A DNA stretch of 32,000 bases from Desulfobulbus propionicus DSM 2032. Lineage in GTDB: Bacteria; Desulfobacterota; Desulfobulbia; Desulfobulbales; Desulfobulbaceae. The stretch is taken from the NCBI RefSeq assembly GCF_000186885.1, contig NC_014972.1, positions 570,001 through 602,000 on the forward strand, in the 5' to 3' direction. Below the pieces are notes generated by a model. That model worked only from the letters and a program-made list of their open reading frames with translations. It did no database searches and had not been told where the DNA came from. Below are positions 27,161 to 32,000 of the stretch, piece after piece. The position numbers and the translations under genes are program-made. Each line of letters opens with the position of its first letter. The stretch's first letter is position 1.

Positions 27161-28312
27161 TCAGTAGGCGGCCCGATCGCCGGTATCCTCGATTTTGATC
27201 TTGGACCGGTTCATGGCCCACCACACATAGGCGATGTAGGCCAGCACAAAAGGGATGCCCAAGGCCACATAGGTCATCACCTTGAGGGTATAGGGGCTTG
27301 ATGAGGCGTTATAAATGGTCAGACTTGCCTGCAGATCGACCTTGGAAGGATAGAAGGCGGTGTTGTTGTAGGCGGGCAGCATCAGCACCGTGAGGCCGAT
27401 CAGCACCGTGCCCAGGCCGCCGTACCAGATGCCGCCGGTTGCGCTGGTTTTGGCGGTCTTCCAGACACCGAAGATCAACAGGGCCAGGCCGCCCACCAGC
27501 AGAACGAGCATCCACGGGTTGGCCAGCAGATTGAGCAGGAATTTAAAGCTAACGATGGCAATGGTGCCCCGGTCATCGACGATACCATAGCCGCGCATGA
27601 ACAACAGCGAGACAACGATGAGCAAGCAAAGGGGCAGGGCAATGAGGAAATTCAACCAGCAGGCCCGGCGCAGGCGGGTTTCCATCTCCGGCGCCTCGCC
27701 CAGTTCCACGTTGTTGATCAGATACATGGCGCCCAGGGTGCGAGCGTTGAATACCAGGAAAAGCCCCATGGCGATGTTGAAGATCGAGGAAATCGAGGGG
27801 CTCAGGGCTGCTTCCAGACCACGCAGGGGATGGGTCCAGGTGACGAAGTTGTTGGCGCTCAGCTGAAAGTTGGCGCCGGTATAGAAGGTGCCGACCGCCG
27901 CGCCGATCAGCAGGATGCCGACCACGCCATTGATGAACAGGAACCCCTCGTAGACCAGACTACCGAAAATATTCCACGGTTTCTTGCGGTATTCGTAGCT
28001 CACCGCCTGGACGATGAAGGTGAACAGAATCAGGATCCACACCCAATAGGCGCCGCCAAAGGAGGTGGAATAGAATTTGGGGAAGGAGGCGAACAGGGCG
28101 CCGCCGAACAAGACCAGGGTGGTGAAGGTCATTTCCCATTTGCGGCCCAGCGAGTTGATCACCAGATCCTTTTCGGTCTGGGTCTTGGCCACCTGCCACA
28201 GCAGGCTCTGGCCGCCCTGGACAAAGGTAAGGAAGAGAAACAAGGCGCCAACCACCGAACAGAGCAACCACCAGAGGTGTTGCAGGGTTTTGTAATCCAG
28301 TTGTTCGATCAT
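27161..28312 (-). CDS. cydB: Cytochrome bd ubiquinol oxidase subunit II
   Basis: MIEQLDYKTLQHLWWLLCSVVGALFLFLTFVQGGQSLL...GGAYWVWILILFTFIVQAVSYEYRKK...FYPSKVDLQASLTIYNASSSPYTLKVMTYVALGIPFVLAYIAYVWWAM. Confidence 0.95.
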   Translation of the reverse strand: MIEQLDYKTLQHLWWLLCSVVGALFLFLTFVQGGQSLLWQVAKTQTEKDLVINSLGRKWEMTFTTLVLFGGALFASFPKFYSTSFGGAYWVWILILFTFIVQAVSYEYRKKPWNIFGSLVYEGFLFINGVVGILLIGAAVGTFYTGANFQLSANNFVTWTHPLRGLEAALSPSISSIFNIAMGLFLVFNARTLGAMYLINNVELGEAPEMETRLRRACWLNFLIALPLCLLIVVSLLFMRGYGIVDDRGTIAIVSFKFLLNLLANPWMLVLLVGGLALLIFGVWKTAKTSATGGIWYGGLGTVLIGLTVLMLPAYNNTAFYPSKVDLQASLTIYNASSSPYTLKVMTYVALGIPFVLAYIAYVWWAMNRSKIKIEDTGDRAAY

Positions 28313-28313
28313 G

Positions 28314-29858
28314 TTAGTTTTCCTCCGGTCCGATGTTGATCTGTTTGACCATGATGCTGATCTCGGCGATGAGCAGCAGGGTGAAGAGCGCCAGGAACAT
28401 GAAAAAGGTCGTTTGCACCGTGCCCGCGGTCAGGTTGGTCCGAGCGATAGTCACCGGCAGCAGATCCTGGATCGCCCAAGGTTGACGGCCCACCTCGGCC
28501 ACGATCCAGCCGGCCTGCGAAGCGATCATGCCCAGGAGATAGGTGATGGTGCCCACGCCGAGCAGCCATTTCTTGTCGGTCAGCGTCCCTTTGTAGGAGA
28601 AATACAGATAGGCAAAGAAGATCAACGGGAACAGCGAACCGAGAATCACCATCACGTGGAAAGCGTTGAAGGAAAGAGCCACCGGCGGCACGGCATCTTC
28701 GGGTTTGTTGAGATAGCCGTAGCCAAGAAATTCCTTGTATTCGTTGAAGGTGGCCAGATGGGTGGCCGCGGCTGCGGCGTCCCCTGCTTTTTGGGCCTGC
28801 TTGTAGGCGTCGAGGCTGGCCACCGCCTTTTTGCCGCGTTCCATTTTTTGTGCCGCGCCGAGAATGTTGTGCTCGGCGTTGCCGTACACCAGATCCTTCA
28901 TGCCCGGAACAAACGACCCGAAGGAGCGGTTGGCCATCAACGACAACAGGCCGGGGATGTGGAGGTTGAAGCCGATGAACGGCTCCTGCACGTCCCAAAC
29001 CTTCTTGTCCCGGTTGATCAGGCCAATCGCCACCAGGCCGGCATTGGTCTGGCCCTCGTACAGCCCTTCGAATGCGGCCAGCTTCATCGGCTGCACCTGG
29101 GCGATTTCATAGGCCGATTCATCGCCATTGAAAACGGTGAAAACGGAAGCGATCAATCCCAGAGAGGCGGCGACCACGATTGAACGCTTGGCCATTAACA
29201 CATGCCGGCCACGCAGCAGATACCAGGAGGAAATCGAGATGATGAAAAAAGCGGCCATCAGCATCGAGGAACTGGTGGCATGGGTGAACTTGTTGATCGC
29301 ATAAGGGGAAAAAGCGACTTCGAAGAAATTCTGCATTTCAAAGCGGGCCGTGTCGGGATTGAAGGCTTGGCCGACCGGATACTGCATCCAGGCATTGGCC
29401 ACCAGAATCCAGACAGCCGACAGGTTGGAACCGACCGCGACCATCCAGGTGGAGAAGAGATGAAATCCTTTGGATACCCGGTTCCAGCCGAAGAACATCA
29501 CTGCGAAAAAGGTCGCTTCGAGGAAAAAGGCAAAAATACCCTCGATAGCCAGGGGGGCGCCGAAGATGTCACCGACCATCCATGAGTAATTAGACCAGTT
29601 GGTGCCGAACTCGAATTCCATGATGATGCCGGTGGCCACGCCGATGGCGAAGTTGATGCCGAACAGCTTCATCCAGAACTTGGTCAACCGTTTCCATTCC
29701 TCGTTGCCGGTTGTCACGTAAATGGTGTGATAGAAGGCGATGATCCAGGTGATGCCGAGGGTGAGCGGCACAAAAAGCCAGTGGTACATGGCGGTCAGGG
29801 CGAATTGCGCGCGTGCCCAGTTGACCATGCCGAGATCCAGATGTTCAATCATAGTCAT
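28314..29858 (-). CDS. cydA: Cytochrome bd ubiquinol oxidase subunit I
   Basis: LDLGMVNWARAQFALTAMYHWLFVPLTLGITWIIAFYHTIYVTTGNEEWKRLTKFWMKLFGINFAIGVATGIIMEFEFGTNWSNYSWMVGDIFGAPLAIEGIFAFFLEATF...; GWIVAEVGRQPWAIQDLLP. Confidence 0.97.
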   Translation of the reverse strand: MTMIEHLDLGMVNWARAQFALTAMYHWLFVPLTLGITWIIAFYHTIYVTTGNEEWKRLTKFWMKLFGINFAIGVATGIIMEFEFGTNWSNYSWMVGDIFGAPLAIEGIFAFFLEATFFAVMFFGWNRVSKGFHLFSTWMVAVGSNLSAVWILVANAWMQYPVGQAFNPDTARFEMQNFFEVAFSPYAINKFTHATSSSMLMAAFFIISISSWYLLRGRHVLMAKRSIVVAASLGLIASVFTVFNGDESAYEIAQVQPMKLAAFEGLYEGQTNAGLVAIGLINRDKKVWDVQEPFIGFNLHIPGLLSLMANRSFGSFVPGMKDLVYGNAEHNILGAAQKMERGKKAVASLDAYKQAQKAGDAAAAATHLATFNEYKEFLGYGYLNKPEDAVPPVALSFNAFHVMVILGSLFPLIFFAYLYFSYKGTLTDKKWLLGVGTITYLLGMIASQAGWIVAEVGRQPWAIQDLLPVTIARTNLTAGTVQTTFFMFLALFTLLLIAEISIMVKQINIGPEEN

Positions 29859-30121
29859 TCTCCTTTGGCGGGTTGGGTATAACCTTGGGCGGATTGCGTC
29901 AGCTGCTCGATTACGTAGTCAGCCCGTTGGGTATCGGTGGCAAACTTCGTTGCCAGAAAATCAGGAAAGAACAAAAATTTCAAGACTGCAAATAGAATAA
30001 ATAATTTTATGAAGATAATTTTCCACAGGGTCCGCCCGACCGTCATCTGGCGAAAGCCATCGCGGTAAAAACGATAGACGCGCACTGGCAGCCATGGCCG
30101 ATCGCCCGGTGGGCCGCTCAT
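29855..30121 (-). CDS. DUF4492-like small membrane protein associated with cydAB
   Basis: PVRVYRFYRDGFRQMTVGRTLWKIIFIKLFILFAVLKFLFFPDFLATKFATDTQRADYVIEQL: recalled DUF4492 pattern. Stop overlaps the cydA start and start overlaps the Rrf2 stop (4-nt ATGA overlaps). Confidence 0.8.
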   Translation of the reverse strand: MSGPPGDRPWLPVRVYRFYRDGFRQMTVGRTLWKIIFIKLFILFAVLKFLFFPDFLATKFATDTQRADYVIEQLTQSAQGYTQPAKGE

Positions 30122-30597
30122 TGCAGATCCTCATGGGCAGTGGCATCGTGCCCTTTTGGTTCAAGCAGCATGTCGGCAAAGGCGGGGAGACAGGTGGAGT
30201 CGGCGCTCAGCTGGTCAAAGTTGACCCGGCGCAGGGTGTCGCGCAACTGGTCGCGGGCGTCCAGCCACACCCGGTGGACGGCACAGTACCGCTGAGCTTT
30301 GCAGGCGGCCGGGCGGGCAACGCAGTCATTGAGATAGATTTCGCCGATCATGATTTCCACCACCTCCAGCAGGGAGATGGCCGCAGGGTGACGGTTGAGG
30401 ACCAATCCCCCCCGCGCCCCCTGGCGAATTTCGATCAGGCCGGTTTTGGCGAGATCCTGGGCAATCTTGGCAAGAAAATTCGGGGGGATATCCGCTTGGG
30501 CGGCAATCTCCTGGCGACTGGTCAGGACGCCCTGTCCTTGTCGGGACAGATAGATCATGCAGCGGATGGCGTATTCGGCGGCTCGGGTTAAACGCAT
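30118..30597 (-). CDS. Rrf2-family transcriptional regulator with a cysteine cluster
   Basis: MRLTRAAEYAIRCMIYLSRQGQGVLTSRQEIAAQADIPPNFLAKIAQDLAKTGLIEIRQGARGGLVLNR... wHTH plus C-x6-C-x5-C (CVARPAACKAQRYC). Confidence 0.93.
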   Translation of the reverse strand: MRLTRAAEYAIRCMIYLSRQGQGVLTSRQEIAAQADIPPNFLAKIAQDLAKTGLIEIRQGARGGLVLNRHPAAISLLEVVEIMIGEIYLNDCVARPAACKAQRYCAVHRVWLDARDQLRDTLRRVNFDQLSADSTCLPAFADMLLEPKGHDATAHEDLQ

Positions 30598-30762
30598 GGT
30601 TTGTTGAATGAGACAAATAGGATGAATAAAGTCCTGTATAGGGAAATTAGGGTGGGGTGTCAACAGCAAATTGCGGAATTGAATAAGGAAAAATGGGAGC
30701 GATGCGCTGGGTGCCGTTGGCAGAGGCTGGCTCCGATATGGCGCGTCACCGGAGGGGGTATC

Positions 30763-32000
30763 TCAGGCGGTATAGGACAGTCCTTGTTTTTTCGCCATTT
30801 TTTCCCGGATCTTGCCCATCTCGGCCATGTCATGGAGATAGGTGTCGGATCGGTCGAGGTAAAAGGAGAGGGCCTTGGCAAAGTTTCTCCCCACCAGACC
30901 GTCAACGAAAACCTGGCTGATTTCCCGATGGCGGTTAAGCACCAACTGCGAACGGTGAAAGATCAGCCATTCCTCGGTGGACATGGTGGCGGCGATCTGC
31001 TGCAAGGCTTTACGGGAGCGCGGCTGAAACATCCAAATGTACATCAGGTCCAGGGCATTGACGATGATGACCTTTTCCAGCTCGCGGGCCTCGTCATGGA
31101 TGGCGGCGATCAAAATTTTCGGATCCTGCAACAGATCCAGCACATCCTCTTCCGGAAAGAGCACGTCCAAACGGGCGAAGACCGAAAACAGCTGGGAAAT
31201 CTTGTCCCGATAGTCGATCAGCCGGATGCGAATGTTGTTCTGCCGGTCGGCCAACCCCTCGATCACTGCGGCCACGCAGTCTGAAGCCAGTTTGGAGATC
31301 ACCGCCGCCCATTTCTGCAGCCCGTCTTCGACCCCTGGGACGTTGGCCATGTGCAACCCCATGGCCAACGTATCGTTGAACAGGATGGCCAGGGGAATGG
31401 AGAGAAGCGATCTGAACAGGTTGCCGACGGCGGCGCTGCGGGGAAGACCGCGAAGGATGTTATGGGTGGAAATGTAGATGCCGTTGGCCAGGGCCATCAC
31501 CGAATAGAGTGCCAGCGGACTGGTTGAGGTGGTGACGCCCAGGTGTTGCTGCAAGAATAGTGTCTTGACCAGATAATCGAGCAGCGGCACGGAAAAGCCG
31601 GTGAAAAAAAGGGAGTCGGCGATCCTGCTCCAACTGACCAGCGAGTTCCAGGGCAAAAGCGGCGAACGCTTGAGTCCGCCACCGCCGAGGATCGATTGGA
31701 TGATGTTGCGTATGCCAGTGATGCCGAACCAGATGAAGGCCCCGAGATAGGCCAGCACCCACCAATCCTTGGTCAAGCTGAAGGTGAGGAAGGCGGGAAT
31801 GAAACCGGCCAGCACCTTGAGGGTGTTGCGCAGATGGGAGTTGAGATAGCGGAAGGGTTGGCCGATCTTTTCACTGTTGACGGACAGCTCCGGATGAATC
31901 TCCACCCTGGGGCTGCGACGGATCCCCCCCAAGGTACCGATGTTGCCATCGATTCCCGGATGGATCTCGAAGCGGTCAAGGGTCCAGTCGTGCCAGGTTT
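30763..32000 (-). CDS. Multi-pass membrane protein of unknown function, partial (5' end beyond the window)
   Basis: Frame is open through the window edge (...WHDWTLDRFEIHPGIDGNIGTLGGIRRSPRVEIHPELSVNSEKIGQPFRYLNSHLRNTLKVLAGFIPAFLTFSLTKDWWVLAYLGAFIWFGITGIRNII...). The 31932 TTG start in the track is not a real gene start. Confidence 0.75.
   Translation of the reverse strand, partial: TWHDWTLDRFEIHPGIDGNIGTLGGIRRSPRVEIHPELSVNSEKIGQPFRYLNSHLRNTLKVLAGFIPAFLTFSLTKDWWVLAYLGAFIWFGITGIRNIIQSILGGGGLKRSPLLPWNSLVSWSRIADSLFFTGFSVPLLDYLVKTLFLQQHLGVTTSTSPLALYSVMALANGIYISTHNILRGLPRSAAVGNLFRSLLSIPLAILFNDTLAMGLHMANVPGVEDGLQKWAAVISKLASDCVAAVIEGLADRQNNIRIRLIDYRDKISQLFSVFARLDVLFPEEDVLDLLQDPKILIAAIHDEARELEKVIIVNALDLMYIWMFQPRSRKALQQIAATMSTEEWLIFHRSQLVLNRHREISQVFVDGLVGRNFAKALSFYLDRSDTYLHDMAEMGKIREKMAKKQGLSYTA

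Noticed and set aside
1-32000. CRISPR arrays, retron/reverse-transcriptase, toxin-antitoxin, prophage, tRNA or rRNA genes
   Set aside because: I looked for regularly spaced repeats, YxDD-type RTs, small two-gene TA pairs, phage structural genes and tRNA cloverleaf/rRNA signatures by eye and saw none. A tool-based scan (tRNAscan-SE, Infernal, DefenseFinder) would be needed to exclude them formally.

Overview
This 32 kb window looks like a chromosomal segment from a delta-proteobacterial-type (Desulfobulbus-like) anaerobe; the taxonomy is inference only. Left part (1-20 kb, almost all minus strand) is a surface-polysaccharide locus: partial manB and manC; a mobile-element cluster at about 2.1-10.26 kb; an acyltransferase-3 gene; a short Wzt-like ATPase; a Wzm-like ABC permease fused to a TPR-rich N-terminus; rfbC/A/D/B; a Wzx-type flippase; and a long CapD/WbpM-type nucleotide-sugar dehydratase. 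The mobile cluster holds a broken IS4-like element, an IS3-family element with an A7 frameshift site, a 5'-truncated IS200/IS605 tnpA with its right-end hairpin, and two diverged inverted IS1380-family copies. Right part (20-32 kb) is housekeeping or redox: GNAT, PLD/cardiolipin synthase-like, hydantoinase/oxoprolinase-like, CcdA and TlpA, a hotdog thioesterase, and a TolC-like protein. It also holds a tightly packed Rrf2 - DUF4492 - cydA - cydB - 31-aa membrane micro-ORF unit ending in a strong intrinsic terminator, followed by a partial membrane protein of unknown function. The most interesting items are the unannotated 31-aa CydX-like micro-ORF with its terminator, the TPR-Wzm fusion, the exact IS1380 boundaries and reconstructed pre-insertion locus, and the IS3 frameshift arrangement. 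I did not find a clear CRISPR, retron or defence system.
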